From a virus (lineage: Duplodnaviria; Caudoviricetes): a stretch of 64,000 nt of DNA. A program made the translations under genes and the position numbers. Below are positions 29,993 through 39,867 of the stretch, in pieces; position 1 is the first letter of the stretch; each line of letters opens with the position of its first letter. Below the pieces are notes generated by a model. It saw only the letters and a program-made list of their open reading frames with translations. It made no database searches and was not told the origin of the DNA. Location of the stretch: the IMG/VR virus record IMGVR_UViG_2802429351_000001, positions 1-64,000 of that record. One strand, given 5' to 3'.

Positions 29993-30883
29993 ATGGAAAA
30001 AAAGAAGTTATTAATTATAGATGGTAATAACCTTTTACATCGTGCTTATCATAAATTTAAGAAATTAAAAAGTAAATCCGGTACCAAAAGCTCAATGGCT
30101 TTTGGTTTTCCGCATATATTAAAATCTCTTATACACCAACAAAAACCAACAGATGTGCTTGTGGTATTTGATGGGGGTAGGCATAAAGAAAGGTTAAAGG
30201 TATTACCTGGATATAAAGATAGGGATAAGAATAGGAAAGATTTCGATATAGATGATTTTGTATCACAACAAAAAGATGTAAAGGAAATTCTTACTTGTTT
30301 AGGTATACCTTATGTATCAAAAAAAGGTTTAGAAGCCGATGATATAATATGGTTATATGCTAGAAAATATAAAAGAAAAGGCTCTGTAGTTATAGTTTCT
30401 ACTGATAAGGATTTTAACCAATTACTTTCAAATAGGGTTTCTATCTGGCACCCCTGGAAAAATAAAAGGATAACCCATAAAAACCTAGAAAAAGAATATG
30501 GTTATACACCTGATCAATGTGTAGATTATCTTTCACTGGTTGGTGATGATTCAGATAAAATTCCAGGAGCAAAGGGAATTGGTCATAAAACAGCTATAAA
30601 ATTTATAGAAGAATATGGTTCAATTAATGCTTATAGGTTAGGTAAAGGTGATGAAATGAAAAAATTCACACGTAAACAATCTGAGGAACTATTCTACCGA
30701 AACCGGACTTTAATAGATATACGCTTTTTTTGTAGGCGTTATTTAAAATTAAAAGAAATCCCTTTAAAATCACCTAAAGGTAAAAATATTAACAAAAAAG
30801 GTTTGTCATTGATTTGTAGGAAATATTCTATCACTACATTCATAGAACCTGCTTTTTTAAAACCCTTTAAACAATTATTATGA
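29993..30883 (+). CDS. 5'-3' exonuclease / flap endonuclease
   Basis: IDGNNLLHRAYH, VVFDG, EADDII, STDKDF.Q, LVGD.SDKIPG.KGIG.KTA. Confidence 0.93.
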   Translation: MEKKKLLIIDGNNLLHRAYHKFKKLKSKSGTKSSMAFGFPHILKSLIHQQKPTDVLVVFDGGRHKERLKVLPGYKDRDKNRKDFDIDDFVSQQKDVKEILTCLGIPYVSKKGLEADDIIWLYARKYKRKGSVVIVSTDKDFNQLLSNRVSIWHPWKNKRITHKNLEKEYGYTPDQCVDYLSLVGDDSDKIPGAKGIGHKTAIKFIEEYGSINAYRLGKGDEMKKFTRKQSEELFYRNRTLIDIRFFCRRYLKLKEIPLKSPKGKNINKKGLSLICRKYSITTFIEPAFLKPFKQLL

Positions 30884-31344
30884 AAAAAATCTTAAATTAC
30901 ATTTTCACTACAAAGTATTTTGTACAATTTAAAGATAAAAAATTTGTTGTACTGGATTTACTTTATTATTGTTTCTTGGTAGCCATAGCTATTGGGGAAT
31001 ATGGGCTAATTCATGCTGTCAAGTATGGATTCCAATATACTTTATTTGAATTTATATACTTTATACCTTTTGTATTTCTAGCCGGTTATTTTATATTCGT
31101 ATTTTATATCCCGGGGGTTAAATGGAATAAAGTACCTGAAGCATGGTCTCAATTATATTACTTAAGCAAAATACCCGAGAGCATGAGGAATAAAGAAATG
31201 GACTTCGAATATGATTTCCTTGCATCAGATTTTGAATACACTTATAAAGTTGCCTGGGATAATAGAAAATTTAAATGGTATAATAGCCTACAACCTATTA
31301 TTATATTAATAGAAGTATTAATAATTTACCTTATATTTAAATAA
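30880..31344 (+). CDS. Hypothetical membrane protein
   Basis: Three hydrophobic segments; ATGA overlap with the previous gene. Confidence 0.6.
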   Translation: MKKILNYIFTTKYFVQFKDKKFVVLDLLYYCFLVAIAIGEYGLIHAVKYGFQYTLFEFIYFIPFVFLAGYFIFVFYIPGVKWNKVPEAWSQLYYLSKIPESMRNKEMDFEYDFLASDFEYTYKVAWDNRKFKWYNSLQPIIILIEVLIIYLIFK

Positions 31345-31345
31345 T

Positions 31346-31645
31346 ATGGTAATACAGTGGCCTTGGTTATTTAGGAAAATATTACCTAAATGGGGTGGTT
31401 TTATGATTTTAGGCATAATTTTCTTAGATGATAAAAATAATAAGAAAAGAATAAATCATGAGATGATACATGTACACCAAATGTTGGATACATTTATAAT
31501 ACCTTTTTATATTTGGTATTTAATAGAACTAATAACAAAAGGTTATAGACAAATTATATTTGAAAGGGAAGCTTACCAAAGACAAAGTTTTGAAGATTAT
31601 CTAGAAAATAGAAAACCTTGGGATTTTATGAAATTTAAACAATAG
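31346..31645 (+). CDS. Small HExxH (zincin-like) protein
   Basis: INHEMIHVHQ...FEREAY. Confidence 0.6.
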   Translation: MVIQWPWLFRKILPKWGGFMILGIIFLDDKNNKKRINHEMIHVHQMLDTFIIPFYIWYLIELITKGYRQIIFEREAYQRQSFEDYLENRKPWDFMKFKQ

Positions 31646-31647
31646 TT

Positions 31648-31962
31648 ATGGCAGTAATAAAATTAGAAGAATTTAGTGATGGTTCTACTAGGGCAATTTT
31701 TGAATGTCCTGGTTGTGGGGAAAAACATTACCCAACAATAGCTTTTCAGGGGGGTTGGAAAGGCCCTAAATGGGGATTTAATAATGATCTGGATAAACCA
31801 ACCCTAGAACCTTCAATCCTTGTATCAGGTAGAGAAGGTAGAAAGAAAACATTATGTCATTCATATGTCAGGGATGGTGAAATACAATTCCTAAAAGATT
31901 CAACACATAAACTTAGGGGTAAAAAAGTAAAATTAGAAACCATTGAAAATGAAGAAAATTAA
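31648..31962 (+). CDS. DUF6527-like Cys/His protein
   Basis: FECPGCGEKH, WGFNNDLDKPTLEPSILV, CHSYVRDGEIQFL.DSTH.L.G. Confidence 0.7.
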   Translation: MAVIKLEEFSDGSTRAIFECPGCGEKHYPTIAFQGGWKGPKWGFNNDLDKPTLEPSILVSGREGRKKTLCHSYVRDGEIQFLKDSTHKLRGKKVKLETIENEEN

Positions 31963-31964
31963 CT

Positions 31965-32597
31965 ATGAAGAGTAAACAAATATTTATAGCCGGGCCCTCT
32001 GGGTCCGGTAAAACAACTTTGGCCAATTATATTTCTATCCGATATAGAATACCTTTCATAGAAGGTTCTTCAAAACCAATTTGGCCAGAGTTTAATATAA
32101 CTTCACACCTAGATATAATAAATAGAAGTGCTAAAGATAAAGATTTTGCGGTAGAGTTTCAAGAAAGGTTATTATATTACAGAACAGAAAAACTTGAAGG
32201 TGTAAAAGAATTTGTAACAGATAGGAGTTTTATAGACAATCTGGTTTATTTTACATTACAGGCTGGACCCCACCTAAACACGGAATCCCATAATATTTAC
32301 ATTGAAATGTGTAGGGAATCTATAGAAAAATATGACCCCACTATTTTATTCTTGGATATCAATGATTTAAATATAAATCTGGAAAATGATAATATGAGAG
32401 TAAATAACCGTTGGTTTCAAGAGGCTACAGGTTCTTTATTTAGAGATTATATTAATAGGAATATAATTTGTAGTAAAGAGTTGATAGTACCTATAAATGA
32501 ATGGGATTGGGAAACTCGTATAAATACTATAGATAAACTTTTTGACCAAACAAAAGAGAACAAATGGAAAAGCATAATAAAAAAGTTAAATATATAG
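31965..32597 (+). CDS. Deoxynucleoside monophosphate kinase (P-loop)
   Basis: GPSGSGKTT, VTDRSFIDNLVY. Confidence 0.75.
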   Translation: MKSKQIFIAGPSGSGKTTLANYISIRYRIPFIEGSSKPIWPEFNITSHLDIINRSAKDKDFAVEFQERLLYYRTEKLEGVKEFVTDRSFIDNLVYFTLQAGPHLNTESHNIYIEMCRESIEKYDPTILFLDINDLNINLENDNMRVNNRWFQEATGSLFRDYINRNIICSKELIVPINEWDWETRINTIDKLFDQTKENKWKSIIKKLNI

Positions 32598-33556
32598 CAT
32601 ATTCTGATGTTCACCTAGCTATGTGGAAACAATTCAATGAAGGCTTAAGAAGAACTAAGAATGGTATAGACGTAATAAAAAGAATCAAGGGCATCGCTAA
32701 AGTATTAAAGGCTGATGTCCTTTTTCTTGGTGATTTATTTGATAAAGAAAAAATGATCACAAATCCCCTAATGCATGAAACCTTTCCACAATTAAAAAAA
32801 TACCTGGATTCTAAGGTAATAACCACTTACGCTATAAGTGGTAACCATGACCAAAGTGAAAGCAATACATTTGATAACCATTCACCTAACTACATAAACA
32901 CCTTATCAAAAATTTTTAAGGGATTAAAATGTCTTGATTATAAGGTACAAAAATTTGATGACCATGCGTTGTATGGAATCCCCTACATAACACATGATTT
33001 GGGTATGGTGGAGTATATTGAAAACTTAAAGATAGATAATTCTAAAGTAAATATACTTATGTTGCATACTACTATGCCTAATGTAAGGGATACAGATGGT
33101 AGGAAAATGGATAGTTTTATGGATACTAATGATTTTGAAAAAGCTATAGGTAGGTTTGATATAGTTTTGTCGGGACATATACATAAACCTATGAGTTTCA
33201 AAATAGGTAAAACCCAAGTAGTTCAAATTGGAGCACCTCAACAACAAAGGTTTACAGATAGGAATTGTGATATGGGTTATTGGGTAATTTATGAGGATTT
33301 TGAAGTTAAATTTATACCTTTTACTAATTACCCAAAGTTTGTTGAAGTAGAACCAGGCCAGGAGAAACCTAAAGGTAAGGATTTTTATGTTATTGCTAAA
33401 AAGAAAAAGGAGGATAAAGAAGTAGATGCAGAAAAGGAAAACTTTGATATAAATCTAAATGGTAGAAAATTGGCAATAAATTATTGTAAGGAAAAGGGTA
33501 TCAAGGATAAGAAAAAGAAAATAGCATTAAAGAACGTTCTAAAGAATCTAACATGA
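32564..33556 (+). CDS. SbcD/Mre11/gp47-like nuclease
   Basis: SDVH, GDLFD, GNHD, GHIH metallophosphoesterase motifs. Confidence 0.9.
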   Translation: MEKHNKKVKYIAYSDVHLAMWKQFNEGLRRTKNGIDVIKRIKGIAKVLKADVLFLGDLFDKEKMITNPLMHETFPQLKKYLDSKVITTYAISGNHDQSESNTFDNHSPNYINTLSKIFKGLKCLDYKVQKFDDHALYGIPYITHDLGMVEYIENLKIDNSKVNILMLHTTMPNVRDTDGRKMDSFMDTNDFEKAIGRFDIVLSGHIHKPMSFKIGKTQVVQIGAPQQQRFTDRNCDMGYWVIYEDFEVKFIPFTNYPKFVEVEPGQEKPKGKDFYVIAKKKKEDKEVDAEKENFDINLNGRKLAINYCKEKGIKDKKKKIALKNVLKNLT

Positions 33557-35382
33557 TAAATTTCACATATATATTTGGGGAAGGTTTTGGTAGTATGATA
33601 AAACCCTTTAATATAAAAATAGAAAGACCTGGGTTGAACATAATAACCGGTAAAGTTGGTTCAGGTAAAACAACTATACCTTCTGTTATAAGTTGGACTT
33701 TGTTTGGTAAAACCCTAAAAGAAAATTCCAGTGTAAGCACCTGGGAGGAGAAAAGGCCTAAAAACTATAAAGGTACAAAAACGGGGATAATATTTTATAA
33801 AGACAAAAAACAAATTATTATCATCAGGTGTAAAGATTATAAAGGTAAAATAGAGGTAGATAATAAGAAACTAAAAGGGGGTAATAACATATTTATCTTT
33901 ATCGATGGTAAACACTACACTAAAGCCCGTAATAAATCCGATAAGAAAGAATTTATTGAAAAACTATTAGGGTACTCCTTTGATCTATTTAAAACCTCTA
34001 TAGTTTTTGGGCAGAAAATGAAAAAAATAATAGAGGAAACTGGCCCACATAAAAAGAAAGTATTCGAAGAAGCCTTTGAAGTTGATTTTGTAGAGATAGC
34101 TAAAACAAATACAGAAAACCAATTATCAAAATTAACCGAGGCTCTAACAGATTATGAGTATGATAAAGAATCTAAAGAGGATAAAATAGAGGAGCTAAGG
34201 ATATTTTACTCAGAAGCCAAAAAAGATGAGGCTAATTTTGAAAAGGATAAGAAAGAATCCTTAAAAGAAATAGACAATGATATTAAAGAATTGAATGAAG
34301 AGTTGATATCGCTTAATAAAACCCAGGCTTCTTTAGTTGATATAAAACCTTTAGAGAAAAAATTGGATAAACTAAAAACCCAGTACGAAAAAGAAAATGA
34401 TAAATGGTTATTACATGAGGACCTAGAATCATCAATAGAAACCATAGAAGAACATGATATTAAGAAATTAAAAAAGAAATATAAAAAAGATAAAGTAAAT
34501 TATTGTAATGAGTGTGGGGGAAAACTTAGTGATAAAGATACTAAGTTGTATAATAAGAATCTTGACTTAGAGATAAGGGAATTAGTTAAAAAATCTGCTG
34601 AATTAAAAAAAGAGTTAGGAACCCTACAAACCAAGGATACAACTAAACTGAAAAAGGATATTAAGAAATTAAAAACAAAAATATCCAAAAAGGAAAATAA
34701 AAACGCACGAGCAAAGGGTGTTTTAAAACGACTTCCGAAAGTAAAAGAGAAAATATCGGATTTAACTAAGCGTAGGGAAAAACTTAGTAATAAAAAGCTT
34801 AAAATTAAAAGTACTAAGTATAAATCTAAAATAGATAAACTAGAGAAAAAGATAACGGGCCTAAATAAGAACATTAGGAAACTTGAGAAGGAGATAGAAA
34901 TACAAAAATGGTTAATCAAGGACCCTTTATCTAATAATGGTTTAAAAGCCTATATGTTTAACAGCTTACTTACCAAGGTTAATGATAAGCTTATAGATTA
35001 TAGTAGAATATTAGGTTTTCAGGTTGAGTTTGGTATAGATCTAAGCACTGCACGTAAGGATTTCTATCAGGCCGTTTTATTTGAAGATGTGGTAACACCT
35101 TATGAAGATCTATCTGGTGGTCAAAAACAATTAGTTGATACTTCTGTGGCATTCGCTATACATGATGTAATAAGTGAGATAAGGCCTACCAACCTATTAT
35201 TTTTAGATGAACCATTTGAAAGCTTGGGTGTTGATGAAATAGAAATTATAGAAGAACTAGTAGAAGAAAAAGCCAAAAATAAATCCCTATACTTAATAAC
35301 ACACCAGCAAGGGTTTAGTCCAAGGAATGCCAACAAGATACATGTTAAAAGGAATAATAAGGGACAAACTATTTTGTCTTAA
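33553..35382 (+). CDS. SbcC/Rad50/gp46-like ATPase
   Basis: GKVGSGKTT, coiled coil with CNECG zinc hook, LSGGQ, FLDEPFESL, ITH. Confidence 0.92.
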   Translation: MINFTYIFGEGFGSMIKPFNIKIERPGLNIITGKVGSGKTTIPSVISWTLFGKTLKENSSVSTWEEKRPKNYKGTKTGIIFYKDKKQIIIIRCKDYKGKIEVDNKKLKGGNNIFIFIDGKHYTKARNKSDKKEFIEKLLGYSFDLFKTSIVFGQKMKKIIEETGPHKKKVFEEAFEVDFVEIAKTNTENQLSKLTEALTDYEYDKESKEDKIEELRIFYSEAKKDEANFEKDKKESLKEIDNDIKELNEELISLNKTQASLVDIKPLEKKLDKLKTQYEKENDKWLLHEDLESSIETIEEHDIKKLKKKYKKDKVNYCNECGGKLSDKDTKLYNKNLDLEIRELVKKSAELKKELGTLQTKDTTKLKKDIKKLKTKISKKENKNARAKGVLKRLPKVKEKISDLTKRREKLSNKKLKIKSTKYKSKIDKLEKKITGLNKNIRKLEKEIEIQKWLIKDPLSNNGLKAYMFNSLLTKVNDKLIDYSRILGFQVEFGIDLSTARKDFYQAVLFEDVVTPYEDLSGGQKQLVDTSVAFAIHDVISEIRPTNLLFLDEPFESLGVDEIEIIEELVEEKAKNKSLYLITHQQGFSPRNANKIHVKRNNKGQTILS

Positions 35383-35407
35383 GGCCCTGCTTTTCTAGTC
35401 TTATATA

Positions 35408-35414
35408 TACTATT
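35408..35414 (+). promoter_or_regulatory. TACTATT box
   Basis: Intergenic, 20 nt before the ATG at 35435. Confidence 0.5.
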
Positions 35415-35434
35415 CATAATAAAGATCAAACAAG

Positions 35435-35974
35435 ATGGCAAATTCAAAGGGAAAAGGAAGTAAAAACGAAAGAGAACTATGTAAGTGGTGGGAGGGATGG
35501 TCGGGCCTAGAGTTTAATAGAGTACCGGCTTCTGGGGGGCTTCGGTGGAAAAAAACAGATAATATTAGTTCAGATATAATTTGTACAGATGATAGATATT
35601 CTAGAAGGTTTCCTTTTAGTATAGAAACTAAATTCTATAAAGATATAAACTTTGAACACCTTATACTGGGCAATAAGAAACAAAGAATCATAGAATTTTG
35701 GGAGCAAGTTATAGAAGATGCAGATAGAGCTAATAAAATACCTTTATTATTCATGCGGTATAATGGGATGCCCAAAAAAACTTGGTTTGTAGCTTTAGAA
35801 AATATAATATATAATAAAGCTAAAAAATGTGGTTTAGTAAAAACCGATAAGGCTATATTTAAGGTTGAGACTGGGGAATACAAATTCATTATTATCAATT
35901 CGAATGATTTATTAAACATAGATTTTAAAAAATTTTCAATAACCTGCAAAAAATACAGAAGAAAATGGGATTAA
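35435..35974 (+). CDS. Holliday junction resolvase (Hjc-like PD-(D/E)xK)
   Basis: SKGKGSKNERE, RVPASGG, SDI, IETK. Confidence 0.8.
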   Translation: MANSKGKGSKNERELCKWWEGWSGLEFNRVPASGGLRWKKTDNISSDIICTDDRYSRRFPFSIETKFYKDINFEHLILGNKKQRIIEFWEQVIEDADRANKIPLLFMRYNGMPKKTWFVALENIIYNKAKKCGLVKTDKAIFKVETGEYKFIIINSNDLLNIDFKKFSITCKKYRRKWD

Positions 35975-36684
35975 AAACTGACCACATATGGGTGATTGCT
36001 TATATCAATAGAAATCATATACCTTTAGTGAAAGATGAACTAAGCATATGGGAATATGATAATGTAGAGGCCTACATACCTACTATAAAACTTTTAAAGA
36101 AAAAATTTAAAGGTAAGGATATGTTTGAAATGGTGCCTTTATTATTTAACTACGGTTTTTTCAAAATGCCTTATGAAAAAGCCTGTGATCCTTCATTCTT
36201 AATGACACTTAGGCATAGGATAACATGTATATATGGTTGGGTAAAAGATCCTGCTAAAGCTACCAAGGAAGTGGATCTTAGTTTAGACAATGGCATAATT
36301 AGAAATGCTTTACCTAAAGCAGCAATGGCTACTGATGAAGAAGTAGCAAAAATGACCCAGGTATCTAAGGAATTATCAATCTATGACCAGGATAACATTG
36401 ATAAATTAAAAGAAGGGGATTATATAAAACTTGAAGGTTATCCTTTTGAAGGTATGATGGCCCAGATTATAGATATAAATCCCCGTAACCATAAAGTAAA
36501 AGTAAAACTACACTTAGAGGAGATAGTTAAAGAGGTAACTGTATCATTTGAAAATGTTTTTTATACCATATATAAAAACTTTAATGAAAATACCCGGGAA
36601 AAAAGTACTGATGAAATGATAGAAAAACATGGTAGTAATATATTCGATAGTATTACTTTTAAAAACAATCAATATGAACAGTAG
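35965..36684 (+). CDS. NusG-family (UpxY/RfaH-like) transcription elongation factor
   Basis: NGN: WVIAY...EAYIPT......KG.....PLLFNYGF; KOW: LKEGDYIKLEGYPFEGMMAQIIDI.....KVKVKL. Confidence 0.8.
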   Translation: MGLKTDHIWVIAYINRNHIPLVKDELSIWEYDNVEAYIPTIKLLKKKFKGKDMFEMVPLLFNYGFFKMPYEKACDPSFLMTLRHRITCIYGWVKDPAKATKEVDLSLDNGIIRNALPKAAMATDEEVAKMTQVSKELSIYDQDNIDKLKEGDYIKLEGYPFEGMMAQIIDINPRNHKVKVKLHLEEIVKEVTVSFENVFYTIYKNFNENTREKSTDEMIEKHGSNIFDSITFKNNQYEQ

Positions 36685-37681
36685 AGCATGGGATATACTA
36701 ACACCAGAAGAAAAATCAGCTTTAAGCCTTTCAACTAATTATGGTAAAAGTAGTTGGGAGGCAGGGGAAATACTAAATAAACCCCATTATAAATATTTGG
36801 AGATACAGGCCAGGGCTAAAACCTTCTTCAAGATATTTACTATCTATTTTGAAAAAACACAAGGTAATATAATCCCTATAAATTCTGACATGACTTGGGA
36901 TTTACAAGAATTTATTTTATGCACTATACAGAATAGAAAAGGTTATAGAGAAACATTGAAAATAATAGGTAAAGAAAGCCCTTTATCACATAAGAAAGCA
37001 TCACAAAGATTATTAGCTTTAGAAAAACACTTAGATTTCCTAGAAAATCACCCTGATCGTATACATAGGGATTTACATGATCTCATTAAGGAATTTGACA
37101 GGTGGAATAATTTTAGGATATTACCCCCAGAACTCCAGGAACCTTCAGCTTTCAAAAGGCGTAATAAAACCAGGTTATTAAAACATCTTAAAAATCTTAA
37201 AGAGCTTAATCCCTTTGATATAGATAGGTTGATGTTTAAATTTTCTGCTAAAGATAAGTACAAAGGTAGAAAACTATACTTACCATTGGTATCAGATAAT
37301 TTCCCAGATGGATATCAAGTAATAATAATAAAAGGTACATCTAAAATTGTTAATTATATTTCAGTTAACCTTAACCTCTACATTTTCAAAGACAAATTAG
37401 AAGCGGATGACTATGGGTTTCTAGTGGAAGACTATCTTAATAAAGGAAAGAAAAATTGTAAACAAGGTCAAAAGTTTTGGCCACAATTCCGGTTAAAGGT
37501 AGGTAAAGCCTATAATTATGCCCAAGTTAATAATATAATACCTAGAAGGGTAAACCTAGAAACAGCTTTCCGGGATTTAGATAAGTTAACAGTAAATAAG
37601 ATCAAAACCAAAGAAGCCAATGGTATAAATATAGGAGACCCACAGAAATCTGCTAAACAGAGTAAATTCTGGGAAATATAG
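36674..37681 (+). CDS. Putative transcription factor with sigma-region-4-like HTH
   Basis: AWDILTPEEKSALSL....GKSSWEAGEILNK. Start chosen at the ATG at 36674, overlapping the NusG stop. Confidence 0.45.
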   Translation: MNSRAWDILTPEEKSALSLSTNYGKSSWEAGEILNKPHYKYLEIQARAKTFFKIFTIYFEKTQGNIIPINSDMTWDLQEFILCTIQNRKGYRETLKIIGKESPLSHKKASQRLLALEKHLDFLENHPDRIHRDLHDLIKEFDRWNNFRILPPELQEPSAFKRRNKTRLLKHLKNLKELNPFDIDRLMFKFSAKDKYKGRKLYLPLVSDNFPDGYQVIIIKGTSKIVNYISVNLNLYIFKDKLEADDYGFLVEDYLNKGKKNCKQGQKFWPQFRLKVGKAYNYAQVNNIIPRRVNLETAFRDLDKLTVNKIKTKEANGINIGDPQKSAKQSKFWEI

Positions 37682-37705
37682 GTGTTCTATTTATTTTTAT
37701 ATTTG
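37681..37705 (+). promoter_or_regulatory. GGTG-N13-TATATTTG promoter 1
   Basis: ggtg ttctatttatttt tatatttg; 28 nt before an ATG. Confidence 0.8.
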
Positions 37706-37733
37706 AACAAATAAATAAAAATACATATTAAAT

Positions 37734-38255
37734 ATGAAAACTAAAAAAAGAAAGGTTAATAATTATGAACAGGTTATGAAGCAGGCTTCGCACATGACTT
37801 TGAATGATTTAAAAAGACACTGTATATCAAGGGGGATGGATTTTCAAGAACTTATTGATGGTACTGTTATATCTTTACAAAATTGGTATCATAGAAATTC
37901 CAATAATGATATAGATCTTTCTAGGATAGCTAAATTTGATGATTGGTTAGAAAAAATATTAAGGGATAGGGGTAAAGAAGAATTAATCCACCCTCAATTA
38001 CGCTTAAGCTATATAAGTGAAAATCAGAGTGATGATAAACCTAAAAAGGAAAAACCTAAAAAAGAAAAGAAAAAACCCCGGGAAAAAAACAAACATGGTA
38101 TATTCAAAGGCACTAAAAAAGCTTATACCTTTGAATTACAACAAAAGGGTAAAACCCTAACACAGGTCATTAAGAAGGTAACTAGAAAGTTTCCAGATGC
38201 TTCAGATAAATCTATTAAAATCTGGTATAAAAAAGCGGCTAGACTTAATGGGTAG
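37734..38255 (+). CDS. Hypothetical Lys-rich protein, C-terminal HTH-like
   Basis: ORF behind a promoter; KTLTQVIKKVTRKFPDASDKSIKIWY. Confidence 0.65.
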   Translation: MKTKKRKVNNYEQVMKQASHMTLNDLKRHCISRGMDFQELIDGTVISLQNWYHRNSNNDIDLSRIAKFDDWLEKILRDRGKEELIHPQLRLSYISENQSDDKPKKEKPKKEKKKPREKNKHGIFKGTKKAYTFELQQKGKTLTQVIKKVTRKFPDASDKSIKIWYKKAARLNG

Positions 38256-38604
38256 TATTAAAAAAGATAGGTGGTATATAGTTGACCTAAGGAATAAAAC
38301 CCAAGATAAAAAAAGCTATTGGTTATTAAGGGTTAACTTTAGAACCAAAGAAGAGGCAAGGAAAGTACTGAATAAAAATTTAGGTGATAAAATATTATTC
38401 TTTGATATAGTTAAAGGTGTTACAGCTATAGAGTTTGGTTTTAGGTATCCTAAAAATACCAAAGGCCCATCATACCTGGGTTATCTTAGGAAATATGATT
38501 ATCCACCTGAACTTGAAACCATACAACAAAGAAAATCATATCGTACAAAATTCAGAAGATGGAAAAGGAATTACAAAGAAGAATTAAAAAGAAGTTGGGT
38601 ATGA
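38248..38604 (+). CDS. Hypothetical protein
   Basis: In-frame ATG at 38248 overlapping the previous stop. Confidence 0.6.
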   Translation: MGSIKKDRWYIVDLRNKTQDKKSYWLLRVNFRTKEEARKVLNKNLGDKILFFDIVKGVTAIEFGFRYPKNTKGPSYLGYLRKYDYPPELETIQQRKSYRTKFRRWKRNYKEELKRSWV

Positions 38605-38768
38605 AATTAGGTTTTATCATATTTTGGACATTAATAGCCTTATTCCTAATATTTTCACCCGTTTTACTATTGGAAGATGATTCTAAGATAGATGAGCTAT
38701 GTATAATTGTAGGCATCTATATCTTAGTTATATTACTTGAATATACTATCAAAATATTGAAAAAGTAA
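38601..38768 (+). CDS. Small two-helix membrane protein
   Basis: ATGA overlap; two hydrophobic helices. Confidence 0.55.
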   Translation: MKLGFIIFWTLIALFLIFSPVLLLEDDSKIDELCIIVGIYILVILLEYTIKILKK

Positions 38769-38772
38769 TCAT

Positions 38773-39549
38773 ATGGCTAGGAAAAAAAGAAACCGTAAAA
38801 AAAGGGATAAAAAACCTGGTTTATCAAAAGAATTTAGAAAAGAGATAGGTTTAAAACGTAAGAAAAATAAAAAGATAATTGACCCACCTATCACCGAGTT
38901 ACCTAAAGATAGGGAATATATTGAAGCTGAGAAAGAACAAGTAATTGAGGATATATTTGAAGGTAACCTTAATAGATTTATGAGAAAGTATTATAGGGTA
39001 TCAGAAAGGAACCTTATGACATTTTCTAAAGTAGTACCTAAATTACAAAAAGAAAGATCATCAAAAAGGGCTATAAGATGGTTATATAAAAAATGTAGGT
39101 GGCCAAGACACAGGCAAGAAATAATAAATATTCTATTAACCTTGGATAAATATTATGATGTAGAGTTTAGTAGGCCCAATATGGAGGTAGCTTTTGAGAT
39201 ATGGGAATTATTTTCAGATTACGAATTTTCTACATTTTTTAATAAAGCCTATGGTAAAACACTTGATAAAAAAGGTTTTGCTGGTATAAAAAGATTAAAT
39301 AGTAAACAGGCTTTAAAAGAACAAAAAGCTATTGGTTACGTAAAAATAAAGAAATTTGAAGAACTAGATAAAAATTTTGCTCATGTGTATTCCAATATAA
39401 AAGAGAATTTTATATACCCCTTTAATTTTTACCATGGTTTATATAAAGGGCCTAAAAAACATGAGCAAGTACAAATATATATTGGGCACCGATTATGTAA
39501 TGGTTTTCGTAGTGGGTTCTCAAGAGTTGATACTGGAATTAAAATGTAA
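38773..39549 (+). CDS. Hypothetical basic protein
   Basis: 258-aa ORF with Lys/Arg-rich N-terminus. Confidence 0.6.
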   Translation: MARKKRNRKKRDKKPGLSKEFRKEIGLKRKKNKKIIDPPITELPKDREYIEAEKEQVIEDIFEGNLNRFMRKYYRVSERNLMTFSKVVPKLQKERSSKRAIRWLYKKCRWPRHRQEIINILLTLDKYYDVEFSRPNMEVAFEIWELFSDYEFSTFFNKAYGKTLDKKGFAGIKRLNSKQALKEQKAIGYVKIKKFEELDKNFAHVYSNIKENFIYPFNFYHGLYKGPKKHEQVQIYIGHRLCNGFRSGFSRVDTGIKM

Positions 39550-39556
39550 TACTATT
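39550..39556 (+). promoter_or_regulatory. TACTATT box
   Basis: Directly after a stop codon, 24 nt before the ATG at 39581. Confidence 0.5.
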
Positions 39557-39580
39557 ACACATTAACCAAATAATATTAAG

Positions 39581-39847
39581 ATGGCGATAAAAAGAGAGGT
39601 AGTAATAAGAACTTTAAAAATACCTATAGAAAGAAAAGGTGATAAGGTAATTGAAAAAAACGTAGATTCTAAGGAGATTGAGAAATTGGGTGAAGAACCA
39701 AGGACCTTGGAAAATTCGATAGTTGATTTACCTGAGTTAACCCGGGAAATAAAAAACTTTAACCAAAGACAATTCAAGTATGCGGAAGATGATTCTAGCA
39801 TGGACTATATCTTAAAGAAAATAATTAGTAGTAAAAGTAAATCATAA
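39581..39847 (+). CDS. Hypothetical protein
   Basis: ORF with AT-rich leader. Confidence 0.55.
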   Translation: MAIKREVVIRTLKIPIERKGDKVIEKNVDSKEIEKLGEEPRTLENSIVDLPELTREIKNFNQRQFKYAEDDSSMDYILKKIISSKSKS

Positions 39848-39867
39848 ATTCTATAAATAAATTAATT

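Noticed and set aside
36629-36673. Upstream start given by the ORF track (similarly 308, 38197, 38559, 53032, 60354)
   Set aside because: For 36629, 38197, 38559, 53032 and 60354, better in-frame ATGs abut or overlap the previous stop and have AT-rich leaders. For 308, the frame is open to the window edge.
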